DNA of 64,000 nucleotides from Podarcis filfolensis (taxonomy: Eukaryota), in the NCBI GenBank assembly GCA_964270895.1, contig OZ185435.1; one strand, given 5' to 3'. How positions within the stretch are numbered: the stretch's first letter is position 1; the number at the start of each line of letters is the position of its first letter. The notes under the pieces were generated by a model. The model was given only the letters and a program-made list of their open reading frames with translations. It did no database searches and was not told the DNA's origin. The translations under genes and the position numbers were made by a program. Of this stretch, positions 1 to 11,849 are shown piece by piece.

Positions 1-1249
1 TATCATACCGGGCTAGGAAACCTGTGGCCCTTTAAATGTTTCTAGGCTATAGCTCCCATCATCCTTGCCCATTAGCTATGCTGGCAGGGGCTGATAGGAG
101 TTGCAATCCAAAACCATCTTGGAGGGCTATGGGTTCCCCTTCCCTGTTTTCAAAAGGTCAGCCATCATAAAGGCCAGCTTGCAAATTACAAGGAAGGGTG
201 CTAGAGAAAGTAGAAGTGACTCACACATCTCTTCATGCATCAGGGTATTATGCAAGGGTATATGTGCTCAATATCACATCTTGATTTAACTATATATTTG
301 GAAAGTTTTGAAAGAAGGAAGAGGTGGCCTGCAATCTGGACATGTGTTACTATATTCATAACAGCAGCTCCATGAGTCAACAGCATGAGAGCCAAGCAAC
401 TCACACTATCACATCCCTTTTGTGGCTTCCCCGTGGGAATATACCAGAGGTGGTTATACTCGGAAATAGCCAGCAATACCCAATCTGATTGCAGTGTTAA
501 CAAAGCTCAGACCGCAAAAGAAATAGGAAACATTTTAGTCCAAATGGAACAGGAAGAAGATAGAAGATAGAAGACTTCAGATGTGATTTTTGAAAATAAA
601 GAAATAAATAAAGAGGTGCCAGCACCCAAAATCTGATTCACGCGCTGAAAGCCTGCGGAAAACAGGGCTGAGCAGTCTGCCCATCAGCTGGCGAGTGAAA
701 GGTTCAATTCTGCTCAGTTTGAGTGTGTGAGGGAATCCCCTGCAGGGAACTCATTCACCCCAAAACTGGAGCAAATGACACTGAACTCTGCCCATCAGGT
801 GATGCATGGAGAGTTTAATCCTGCTTGCTATCTTCCTCCACCACCCAACTGTCAATTGTCTGTTGTCGGGATTTCATCAGATGAGTTGATGGGTGGTCCA
901 CATCTCTGCTATAAAAAAGACACTGATACTCTGTACCAGAGTAAACCACTGGCAAAAAACAACAAGAAACCACTGCATAGTGATGCCTAGAGTTTTCTGG
1001 TTTCTCATCTTCCTCTGTAACTGTGTTTAACTGCTGTTTGAAACGCAGGCATTAGCAAGTGGTTGTATATGAATCACTTGACTTAAAATACACTGAAGTG
1101 ATTTAGCAGTCTTAAAAACAACAACATTTAAATTCAGATACAGACTGGGTTAAAAGAAACTCCACTTAAAAGGCTTGCTGGAAAGAAAGGTCTTCAACAG
1201 CCATTGAGGAGTGCTATTTTTAATGCAAATAAGCGTAGAGGGAATTTTC

Positions 1250-1866
1250 TTTTTTTTTTTTTACTAATCTTTTTATTGATATTTTGGAAACGACATCAAA
1301 CAATACAAAAAAGAAAAAAGACTGAAAAGAAAAAAAAGCAAACAAACAAACAAACAACAACAACAAACAACGCCTATAAACATAAAACAGACAAACCAAC
1401 ATAACATCACTCAATTGACTTCCTTCCATCTCGGTTTAGGCAAAATAAACTCATCGCTTATCTGCAGATTGTATTATATCAGCTCTTTACATCGCAGGTT
1501 TTAGATTCCGCCCACTGTGATTTTGGTAATACCTAGATTGATTTCAATGTAACTTAGAAATTTATTCCAGTCGTTCGTAAACTTAACGATTTTTTGATGC
1601 CTAATTTTTTGTGACATTCTAGCTAATTCTATATACTCATATAATTTCATTTGCCATTCTCTAATGGTGGGGATATTGGAAGTTTTCCAGTTTTGCGCTA
1701 ACAAAATCCTGGCGGCCACCATTGCATATTGAAAGAATGTTTGGTCTTCATTTTTGATCTCCTCTCCGATCATACCTAAAAGGAACGCTTCAGGTTTTTT
1801 GGGGAAGGTGTATTTCAGTATTCTTTTTAATTCATCGTAAATTTGTCCCCAAATTTACGAATTTAC
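1250..1866 (-). mobile_element. 5'-truncated L1 LINE with poly(A) tail and 17-bp TSD
   Basis: Minus-strand ORF (1501-1773) FFQYAMVAARILLAQNWKTSNIPTIREW is typical of the L1 ORF2 C-terminus. T-run from 1250 and TTTATT (AATAAA on -). GCGTAGAGGGAATTTTC occurs at both 1233-1249 and 1867-1883. Confidence 0.9.
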
Positions 1867-1899
1867 GCGTAGAGGGAATTTTCAATTTCATGTACTGTG

Positions 1900-2210
1900 T
1901 CTGCCCCTTGGTGCTGATGTAGTATATATTGCTTTGTTGTTAATTTTGCTGTCTGGTTTTTGACCGCAATAAAGATTGATTGATGAAGCGATACAACAGC
2001 CATTGAAAAGACAGAAGACAGTAAAGATGGCACCTGTTTGATATAACAGAGGAAGGCGTTCCCAGAATGGACTTTTCGGTGATATATCTGCAGGAGGTGC
2101 TCTCCCGTAGAATTTAGTGATTGGCTGGCTATATAAGGGGTATATATCCTTTTCAGATATCCTAGTCCAAAGCTGTACAGGGCTTTGTAAACCAGGGCCA
2201 CCTCAGGCCC
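1900..2210 (-). mobile_element. Old L2/CR1-clade LINE 3' fragment
   Basis: Minus-strand LVYKALYSFGLGYLKRIYTPYIASQSLNSTGEHLL resembles the L2 ORF2 C-terminal motif LxYKALxGLGPGYL...RSLRSS. Boundaries approximate. Confidence 0.65.
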
Positions 2211-3144
2211 TAGATATTTATGCTGCGAACAGCTTCACCTGTTGATTTCTGCCTAGCGAAGATACAAGAGCAGATCATGCGATTTTTCCTACTTAATTAG
2301 TAGTTTAAGCTACCTTGTGTGCTCATAACTAGAGCAGTCTCATCAAATTTATGAGCACTCTTTTCTCACCAGGAGAGTGTTGATTCTTCGTATCACATAC
2401 TTCTACCGTGCTTGTAGTAAGCGCTTGCAAAAAATCTGGTTGCTCATCTGACCTTATATATCTGCACTGACGTGTACATTCTGTATGTACCTAAGAGCGT
2501 CTCTGATTCCAAAGGTTAAGTATGGATAAAGTCGAAACTCAAATGAGGAAAACTATGCATTGAAGTGGCACAGATGATCCAAAAGGTGGCGCACTTCCTT
2601 ACTCGTTACCCCCTGAGGCAAGGATTGCGGAACATTGTTGTCTAAATTCTTTATGGCCATTACTGGTTGCTACATAGTTTGACTGTTTTCTCATAAAGGT
2701 AGAAAGGTGAACTGTGCCACCACGATTGATTTTTGATTCGTAACAGTTATATGGGTCTCAAAGTGGGTATGGTACATGATGGAAAGCCAAACTGGGCAAC
2801 TTAAATTCTATGAAAGTGACCACAAAACTGTAGCATATGTCCCAGAGCAAAACGACTAGCTAACTAGTCCGTCTGGATATATTATGGGATAAAGCTGTTT
2901 GCCATATGGTAGTGGCTTGTATGCAGTGTGTGTAGTATTCAGTCATGCAGGGAGCCAATCTTTGGCATCTGGCAGTGATGTGGTGAAAGGAATTTTAGCA
3001 AACTCTCAGTGCCACGCACTCCTGATCAGCTGCCATTGTCTCAGTGCATGGACAGGTGACGGTATTCCCATTTGACTACTTGGTAAAAGGTCATCTATAG
3101 CCACCCCAAGTTTAACTGTAGCCTGGTGATTGTAATACATTAAA

Positions 3145-3261
3145 TTGTAGCCAATGTTAGTTCTACTCAAAGTAGATCTGCTGATAATCATGGGCATGGA
3201 CAAATTAGGCCCTTTCATTTCAGTGAGTCTACTCTGGGTATAACTTAGTTAGATACAACCC
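3145..3261. mobile_element. Short palindromic interspersed element (MITE-like)
   Basis: Imperfect inverted arms TTGTAGCCAATGTTAGTTCTACTCAAAGTAGATC and GAGTCTACTCTGGGTATAACTTAGTTAGATACAACCC. A similar GGTCTACTCTGAGTA core recurs near 5690. Confidence 0.55.
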
Positions 3262-4780
3262 GTTATTATGATTTGATAATGTCCAAAATGTAGCTAGATG
3301 TTGCAGCCACAGTTTCACGTGATCACTGAATGCACTGCCTTGGAGAATTCTGATTATTTGTCAAGGCCCCAGCAAGCAGTGTAAAATATATGAGCCTTGG
3401 GGACCCTTTCACCCCATTCTATTATTCTATATATGTACACAGATAGGTATCTGTGAAATATGGGCTACTAACTATTGAACCCACTCTGTATTGCCAATAT
3501 TATATCCTCCTAATCCGGTTTTGGAGAATGCAAGCATCACAATCTGTTGGGACAAAGTTTATTCTACACAACAAATAATTATAACATGCTAGGTATATTT
3601 TCTGTAAATAACAATAAGAAACATATGGTAACAATAGATGTAGCCATGCCGCTTCACTTCCCCTGCTCTCAGAAACTAAACAAGTAATACAAAATTGAAA
3701 TTTCACAGTAAGAAAGTTTGCAAACTTGATGATGTTTCCTGTTTTTCTGAGCTGCTGGAGAGATACTTAAAAGAAGAAGATGCTTCTGTCTGTTTCCCCA
3801 TATACATAGTCATTGTGCTTCAGATATGTCACGGTACTAGGAAATATAAAACAAGACAAGGCTTCATTAAGATGGTTTGAGAAATTCATGACTATGACAT
3901 TGGTGCAATATCCAGTGTGTGTTGAAGTAATAATATTAAAAACTGATGTATTCATTTATAACAAAATATTTATATACTGCTACTCATAAAAAAGCAAAGC
4001 AGATTACAGTCATCATAAGTAAAACCACAAACAAAAACCATACAAAAATCAGAGATCACCTAACTACAAAATGTGCCTCTATTCAGTGTTGCTTCTGCTC
4101 ATGACCAAGCAACTACAGAAGGCACAGTTTCCAAAAAGAGCTTGAAGCCTTACATTGTTGTTTATAATATAACCAGTGATATGGAGTACTTGCAGCACTA
4201 TTAAGTCCAGCACGGAAAAACTGACATGTATAAACCCTAATTAACACTCAAACATCATTTCCAGCACAGCTGAGCACAACATAGAGAACTAAGAGAACAA
4301 AGTGGCTTACATCATCCTTTGGTGTCCACCATTTCTATTGTGGAGAGATTGGAGGCGTGCCCAGGGAACTGGATTTCCCCTCTATTCACAACCAGCCTCA
4401 CTGCCTAAGCAACCCAAACAGTTGCTCAGAGAAACAATGTCTTAAACCTTCACATTTAAGGAACATTACTACACCTGATTTATGCCTTAACCAACTAAGT
4501 TTCAAAATTAAGTAAAGGACACAAGGTTTGGAGGAAAAGGTACAAGAAGCTGCCCCAAATATCCTGCTGCTTCAACTGGGTTTGCCTAACAGTATTTTCG
4601 TTTTTGCTGCCACAGAAAACAGTGTCATTGCTTCCTTCTGATGTGATAAGAGTGAACGCCCACCACTGTATTAATTTGTGAGGAATAATTTTTAATTACC
4701 TCAGCCCAGGAAAAAGGACAGGCTCATTTTCTGCTCAGGACACACAGCACTGTCTGTTATTGCACTACCTGTCTGAATCC

Positions 4781-4969
4781 CAGTGCTTCTTTCCATAAAA
4801 AAATGTTTAGGGGTACTGTCATTTTGACTCCAGAAAGTCACCATTTGATAGTTCAAATTGGGAAATATAAATACAGTAAATGGACAAAAGTACAAAGATT
4901 CAGAAAATGTTTAGGGGTATGTGTACCCCTGCGTCCTGTGTCCCCCCCCGCCCCCCGAAAAAAGCACTG
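4781..4969. mobile_element. hAT-type MITE
   Basis: TIRs CAGTGCTTCTTT and AAAAAGCACTG; flanking 8-mers CTGAATCC and CTGACTTC (6/8 match, degenerate TSD). Confidence 0.6.
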
Positions 4970-7719
4970 CTGACTTCTATTGCCCAAATGCAGGTAAAAG
5001 GTCTAGGGTTGCCATACGTCTGGAATTTCCTGGACATAGATGGGAATCGGCCATCAGAAACAGTGTCTGGGTGGAAATTGCTGAAATGTCTGGGGACAAG
5101 CAGCCCATGTCAGCAGTGTCATTTTTGGTGGTTTTCCTTAAAAATTGCTCAAAAGTTTTTTTCTCTCTCTCTCTCTCTCTCTCGCTGCAAAAACGCTCAA
5201 CAACTTTTCTGAGTTACTAGGTGTTTGTGTGTAGATATATAATGTTATCTGCCTTTGCCATAGACTATGTGCACTTTATTTCCCCCTGCTGCTTTTCAAA
5301 TCACATTTGCACTTGGTGTACACATCAGAGAGTGGGGAGTGGGCTTTCACTTGCTGCTCATCACCTGGTTCCTCCCACCCCCATGCTTGCAGCTTCTACC
5401 TGCAGCAAACTCCTGCTCAAGGAGACTGCCATCTGCACATGCTCGATGGCTATCTGAACCGTACGCAACTCAGGTTAACCATGTCTTGCGTTTTCAAATT
5501 GGACGGAAGTTGGTTTGAGGCAAAACACACCAAACAGCAGTATTTCCCAATGAACTACAGGATAGATATGGATTGTGGCTAATATATTGCATATTCTGCT
5601 TCAGGCAGTGGGAGCACCCTGGAACCAAAATTAACCATAATGTGTATACATCCATACCTAGAGCAGATGTCAAGGCCATTGATTTCAACGGGTCTACTCT
5701 GAGTACCACTAATGTAGCCTATAATGCTTACACTTTCTGTGCTAGAAAGCTGACTGATTTGAAGTCAAGGACAATGGGGAAAATAAATTGGTGCCTATTT
5801 TTGCAATGCCTGGCAAATGCCCATAGAGCACAGTTAAAATATAAAGTGCAATATTGCCAAGACTATATGAATGTTTTATTATTTATTGTAGGTGTCACCA
5901 AGTGAAGTTTGATATACTGTAATATATATGCCTTGAACATTTATGTTTTATGGCTGTGATTTATGGGGGTGTTTATGTCATGTGAATAGTTTTATTTAAG
6001 AAAGAACAAAAGCTGCTCATTTTGTACTCGTATTTTCTATTCGTATGCTGTTGTGGTTTCTGCCTCATATAATATGACTAGCTGAGAAACTCCAACCAAA
6101 GCTTTGAATATGTTTCTCACATTCCTGTCCTGGGATATTACATTTCTGCACAATCAGCACCAAATCCACTGGCCTTCCCCCCCCCCCTTTTTTTTCTTTT
6201 CCTTTTTTTGGCTATTTATCAATTACTACTATTACACTGAGTAACAAGGGAAATACAGATTACTGTTAATATCACTCTTATATTGAAGAGAATAAAGCAG
6301 GCAGCATTTTTAATTTTGCACATATATTTCCCCAGCTGTTCTGAAATTACTTGCTTTAAGTGGTCTGTAAGATTGCAATGAAAGTAATATATGAATACGC
6401 TAAGTATAAAATTGATTTTTTAAAAATGCTTGCTTGTTGTGTGCAAGCAGCTGTGATAGGAACTTTGAAGAAACCTCTTTGTTGATGACTCAAAAGAAGG
6501 AACATGAAAGAAGAAGGGAAAATATTGCTAGGTAGCTACCAGGCAACAGCTGCTAGGTTAGGTTTGCAAATTTCCCTGTTTACTTACTCTTACCTTATGG
6601 AGGATGCTTACAGGGGCTAGATCTGCTGTGTGTGTGTGTGTGTGTGCGCGCGCATATGCAGAGGCTCTTCCCCGACATTTAATACTTGCATAATGTGGCG
6701 TTTCAGGCAATCCTTGTGGGGAATGATTGCAATGCATCATGACTATTGTTGCGATCTGCTCCTCCACAGAACCCTTTCAGTCTCCTATAAGAAGAAGAAA
6801 CTATGACCTGCATAGGAAATGCTGACCAGATTAACACAAATGGTTTATGTTGAAAAAACAAAAAAATTGTAATACCAGGTAAATGTGCGTTGCGGTTATC
6901 TTAGGGTAACTTGTGCGGTGTAACCTGTGCCTTTGGACATGTTTCGATTAGTAAGTGAATTATCCTGGAGTACACATACTTAACATTCTTTTAGGATGAA
7001 AGATGTGCTGACCTTTGAATAAAGAAGGATAATTGCCACATGCTTATTTATATTTGCCATGCAAAGTGTGTTGTGGCTATATGCAAATTGTCAATCACTG
7101 AGGAATCTGGTCAAGCAATTGTCCCTGAGGAGATGTTTCACTTGCCCTGCCAGTTAATTGAAATATTACATCAGGGGTTCTCAGACTTTCTACCCTGAGG
7201 GCCCACTTGAGATCACTTGAGATTACTGAGGCCCTTCTTCTTCTTCTTTCTTTTCTTCTTTGGTAATCTTTGGTACAATCTTTGGACAATCTTTGGTAAG
7301 ATTGTCTTCTGTAAACATGGTTTTAACAATGTAAGTGACTGTGGAGGCCAATTTTGGATCCACACGTCCTTCCACAGGGGGGACATTGGTTACCAGGTGG
7401 GAGATACAAAACTGTGGTCTGGGAGCAGAGCCAATCAAAAAATGGTGGTAAGATGGAGGCAGAGGTGGTCCTATTCAGCTGGCAATTAGTAACAGCTTTT
7501 TCTATTGATATATTTGGAAATTGCTAAATTCTTTGCTATAACAGCCACCCTGTGGCAAGGAGTTCCATAGCTTAGCTTTCCTCAAGTTAAGTATAGGCAT
7601 TTTCTCTGAAGATATGATGACTTGTATGTGGGTCCTGGGCTGCCCAGACAACAAGAGCCCCCCTCTTAGACTTGCTGATTTGGTCCAAAGGAAAGTAGAG
7701 CAATACATTTTTTTGTATG

Positions 7720-8140
7720 TGTTGTTTTGTTGCAACTCCTAAAGCTTTCCAATCCTTCCCTCCTCTTATCTTTCACTTTTTGTGATGTATACTGATGTTC
7801 ATATGTTTAACCCTACTTGTAAATTTATATTTATACCGCTTCTTTTTAAATACGCCTCTAGTTGTTCCCACTTAATACTATTTTTCTCTTTGTATTTCTT
7901 ATTTTGGCCGTCATCATGGCCAAATCTACATACGGTACTTTATTCTATTATCACTGGTTTTTGGTAGGGATTTCCCTCTCCTTCCAAATTTTAGAGTCTT
8001 GCTGCTGCTGTTGCGTAAAGGAAGAGGTTTTTTTTTTTTTAACTTTATTTGGAATTTCCTGTCCTATTATAGGTAGCAGGAATGCTTCTGGCTTCTTGGG
8101 GAAGGAAAGTAGAGCAATACGTTCGGCACCAACTTGGCTG
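7720..8140 (-). mobile_element. Degraded L1 ORF2 3' fragment
   Basis: Minus-strand FPKKPEAFLLPIIGQEIP...KIWKEREIPTK matches squamate L1 ORF2 C-terminal motifs. Boundaries approximate. Confidence 0.7.
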
Positions 8141-8372
8141 CAGGGATTGCCGGAAGGAAGTGTACAAGACACCATCCAAACATCTTAGGAACTCCACTCC
8201 GGATTTGAGTATGGTTTCCTCCTTAGCCTTTTCTTCTCCCGAAGATGTCCCACAAGGCAGCGGGTATGGATTTTTCTTTGGGATTTTACTCCCTATTTTA
8301 GGCAGAATTTGCTGTGTCCAAGGCTCTCTCTCAAAGTGTTTTTACCAATCTTCTGTCATTTCTTCTCCCATA

Positions 8373-8603
8373 CAGTGGTACCTTGGGTTACAGACGCTTC
8401 AGGTTACAGACGCTTCAGGTTACAGACTCCACTAACCCAGAAATAGTACCTCGGGTTAAGAACTTTGCTTCAGGATGAGAACAGAAATCGCACGGCAGCA
8501 GTGGGAGACCCCATTAGCTAAAGTGGTACCTCAGGTCAAGAACAGTTTCAGGTTAAGAACAGACCTCCGGAATGAATTAAGTTCTTAACCCAAGGTACCA
8601 CTG
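8373..8603. mobile_element. Tc1/mariner-pogo-type MITE
   Basis: TIR CAGTGGTACCTTGGGTTA ... TAACCCAAGGTACCACTG flanked by a TA duplication. The copy at 36402-36616 is near-identical. Confidence 0.9.
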
Positions 8604-10155
8604 TACTCAATTTATACCTTAATCCGCAGCCATCCCAAACTGTCAGTTTCTTTCAGCCCTTCCCCGTGTCCTTTCTCATTCACTTTTTTCTTCCTGTAAC
8701 AGCTTTCTTCTGCTATCTCCCTTTGCTTCTATCCCCAGATGGTTTGTTTAACTTTCCCTATCACTTTCTAATTTCCTTCTACACCTCCTCTGGCCCTTTC
8801 CCCTCAGAGAAGAGAGACCTTCCTTCCTCCTCCCCCTCAGAACTCAGACCACCTTGACTCAGCGTGCAAGGAGCTGCTGGTCCATCCGATTGTCTATGGG
8901 GCTGGGGCAGGCCAGTGAGGGGGCACTAAGCAAGCTGTGACATTGAGGCCCTCCTGAAAGTGGCCTAAGGCCCATGGTGGGTCCCACTGTGTGAGCATGT
9001 GTGCCTGATGCTATGTGTTTGTTTCTCAGAGGGAGCAAGGCACCAAACACAGCTATACCAATTGCTCACTGTGAAGTTTGAGGAAGTTTTCCAGCTTTCT
9101 GATACTGTTTTCATAGCCAGGAGGCAGTCCACTGTTTGAGAAACACTGGCATTGATAAACCTGTACTTACCGCATAGTGTTGAAAAAGTAGAATCAGTTT
9201 AACACCTAACAGGTGGTATAAACTTGATTGTCCATATTTAAATGGCTTATCTAGATCTAACCCAAATGAATATAACCCAGCATGAAAGCTCCTGCTGATT
9301 TTGTTAACTCTCTGCAAAGTTTATATATTGGCCAAAACTACAAGTAACAAATCACTGAGGGTTTTGAGTTACTATTGCAGTACGTATCTGTAGGAAACTT
9401 TGGTCAGATGATCAGATCATAATGAACAGTCTGAGCACTAATTGGGTACTATGTGGGAAAGTACCATTATTTTCCATGTTATATCATCATCCACTTTATT
9501 TTTTCTATATTAATTACTCCATAATAATGATCGCTTTCTCTTGCAGTGCCATTAACCTATGTAGACTCTGGCCATATGAGCGCACAGCAATCTCCTGTGT
9601 ACCTTAAATTGATATTAAAATGACAGAACAACCCCCCTTTTTAATCACTCCTAACCATATAGATTTTTAAAGTCTCAATAAAGTGTCTAAAAGCATGTTC
9701 AAATGTAGATAATTAAGACTGCCATCCTTTCTTTTCAAACATGCTGACACCTTAGATCAATTGACTCTGAGCATGTGCAGAATTTCCCTGATTTTTTTTA
9801 AAGCACTGAATGTCAAACATGCAAGTGCTGTGCACTTTTCGTTTTGTGAAAGACACACTCACTGTCTGCCCAGAGATTGTTTCAATCTAATATGGCACTC
9901 GTCACATTTTTACTCCTCTCTGGTGCAGGGCAAGGGTGTGGAATCTGTGGCATTGCAAACGTTGTTGCACTCCAGTTCCCATCAGTACCAGCTAATGGCC
10001 AGGGATGATGGCAGTTGTAGTCCCAACATCGGGCTGCATGTTCCCCATCACTGATTTAGGGGCTGACACTGAGCTTGCACTGAGTGTGTGTCATTATTAC
10101 GGTATATACCGTACTTGGCAGAATACAGGGAAAGCTCAGAAAGGTATACCTTTTG

Positions 10156-10324
10156 CAGTGGCGTAGCGTGGGTTGTCAGCACCCGGGGCAAGGCAAGTAA
10201 TTTGTGCCCCCTAACCCGTGGATTTGTGCCCCCTAACCCGTGGATTTGTGCCCCCTAACCCTAACCCCCAGATGTTGCGCCCGGTGCGGCTGGCACCCCC
10301 TGCACCCCCCACGCTACGCCACTG
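10156..10324. mobile_element. hAT MITE with internal 22-bp tandem repeat
   Basis: TIR CAGTGGCGTAGCGTGGG ... CCCACGCTACGCCACTG; exact 8-bp TSD ACCTTTTG at 10148-10155 and 10325-10332. Confidence 0.9.
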
Positions 10325-10364
10325 ACCTTTTGGTTAGATATAAAATAAGCTTTATAACAATTCT

Positions 10365-10470
10365 TAGAATTGTAGAGTAGGAAGGGACCCTGGGGGTCAT
10401 CTAGTCCAACCCCTGCAATGCAGGCATCTCAGCTAAAGCATCCATGACAGATGGATGTCCAACCTTTGCT
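10365..10470 (-). mobile_element. CR1-type 3' end fragment
   Basis: AGAATTGTAGAGTAGGAAGGGACCCTGGGGGTCATCTAGTCCAACCCC, the reverse of the GGACTAGATGAC...CTCTATGATTCT CR1 tail. Related pieces lie at ~27720-27830, ~42120-42170 and ~49600-49650. Confidence 0.6.
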
Positions 10471-11188
10471 ATAAATGGATCTCTGATAGATGGATCTCAT
10501 GATAGATGGATCTCTGATTACAAATCCTAAACTTATCCTTAAACCACTGAAAAACAGGAATTTATCCCATATTGCCATTTATTAAGCATTTACAAATAAA
10601 CAATTATTTTTGTGAATATTTTTGGTGTGCATTTTTGTTAACCACACATGTAAAAACAACGTATAGAATCCTGGTTATGTATGGCTTGGAGAATATACAT
10701 TTTTCCCTCTGCTGTGTAAAAAATTGGTAGCTTCATACATAGATGTTTGATTCTATTTCTGTATGGCACCTTAAAATCAGAAAGGAATTAATTTCACTTG
10801 TTTTCTGGAATAGTAGCTGTATTGACCTATTATAAATATATTTTCATATTATTTGAGAGTAACCTCATCAAACCCAGTATTGCTAACTTCTGAGTTGACC
10901 TGCATAAAATAAATATTCTAATCTAAGTTGGTCATGGTAGAGACTGAAACAGGGTAGCCTTTGTTCTGGACTGGATAACTGAGAACTTCATCCTGGGCTA
11001 TGCCCACTGCCAGAATATGGTCTGGAGCAGGAATGAAGCCCTCAACCAATTTTTTTTTTTGTTAGCCCTGATGTGTATGATGGACCTAAAACAGTGTAAT
11101 GCTAAATATATTTATTCAGAAGTCTCATTGTGCAGCCTAATTTTCAGTCTTAACTGTAATTGTTACATTTATAATATGGCTTTGAAAA

Positions 11189-11365
11189 ATGGCAGATGAG
11201 GTGGACCAGCAGCAAACCATCAATACTGTGAAAGAGCCTTTGGATCTCATCAGAGGTCATCTCATGTGTAAAAACGAGAAATGACTGAGAATTTCAAGGC
11301 AGTTTACATACTTATGACCAGCATATTATTTTCAGTGATGTTGAAGAGAGTATGACAACATTTAT
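11189..11365 (+). pseudogene. LSM3: LSM3 processed pseudogene fragment (decayed, 3'-truncated)
   Basis: ATG at 11189 reads MADEVDQQQTINTVKEPLDLIR. After a small deletion/frameshift it reads ~VKTRND*EFQGSLHTYDQH..IIFSDVEESMTTF, matching LSM3 ([22 protein letters not shown]...[33 protein letters not shown]). No introns; stop codon and indels present. Confidence 0.9.
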
Positions 11366-11849
11366 AATGACATGTCTGTTTCTTCTGCTATTGCACCTTG
11401 CAAAATGTTCCAGTCCATCCTTACTCAGCAGCAGTAATCCCATTAATTTCAGCAGAATATTTCCTAACAGGGGAGCAATTCTGTGAATTCCTTGCATTAC
11501 TCCAAACATTTCTATCTTGCCTTATGATTAAATTTAGTGGGATTGATTTTGGAGTTAGCCGGCACAGAACCAAGCTTCACGCATGTTTAGGATGGCAGTA
11601 CTGTATTGGAGACACAATAAAAAAGAAATCAAAGCACGCATTGTATTGTATTGTGTAAATTCCAAACACAGGCCAATAAAAGAGACAAAGAAGCTGATTT
11701 ACCACAGAAAAAGGGGCGGCAGGGGGGGGAACGAGAGTAAATTTCTGTCAGTTGATGTCAATTAACAATGCTGCCAAGTAAGACTTGATTATCTGGCCAT
11801 GTGCGTTTCAAAGGAGTCCTAATATAACCAAGGTAGGATTGGAAACTGC

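Noticed and set aside
3230-3300. WTLSNHNNGLY motif resembling the hepadnaviral priming GLY
   Set aside because: GLY falls inside the palindromic repeat at 3145-3261, is in a different frame, and is too far from the other motif. It does not support the viral hypothesis.
7223-7438. Minus-strand ORF ...NLTKDCPKIVPKITKEEKKEEEEGPQ
   Set aside because: Produced by a short AATCTTTGG tandem repeat and a CTT-rich tract; no identifiable homology.
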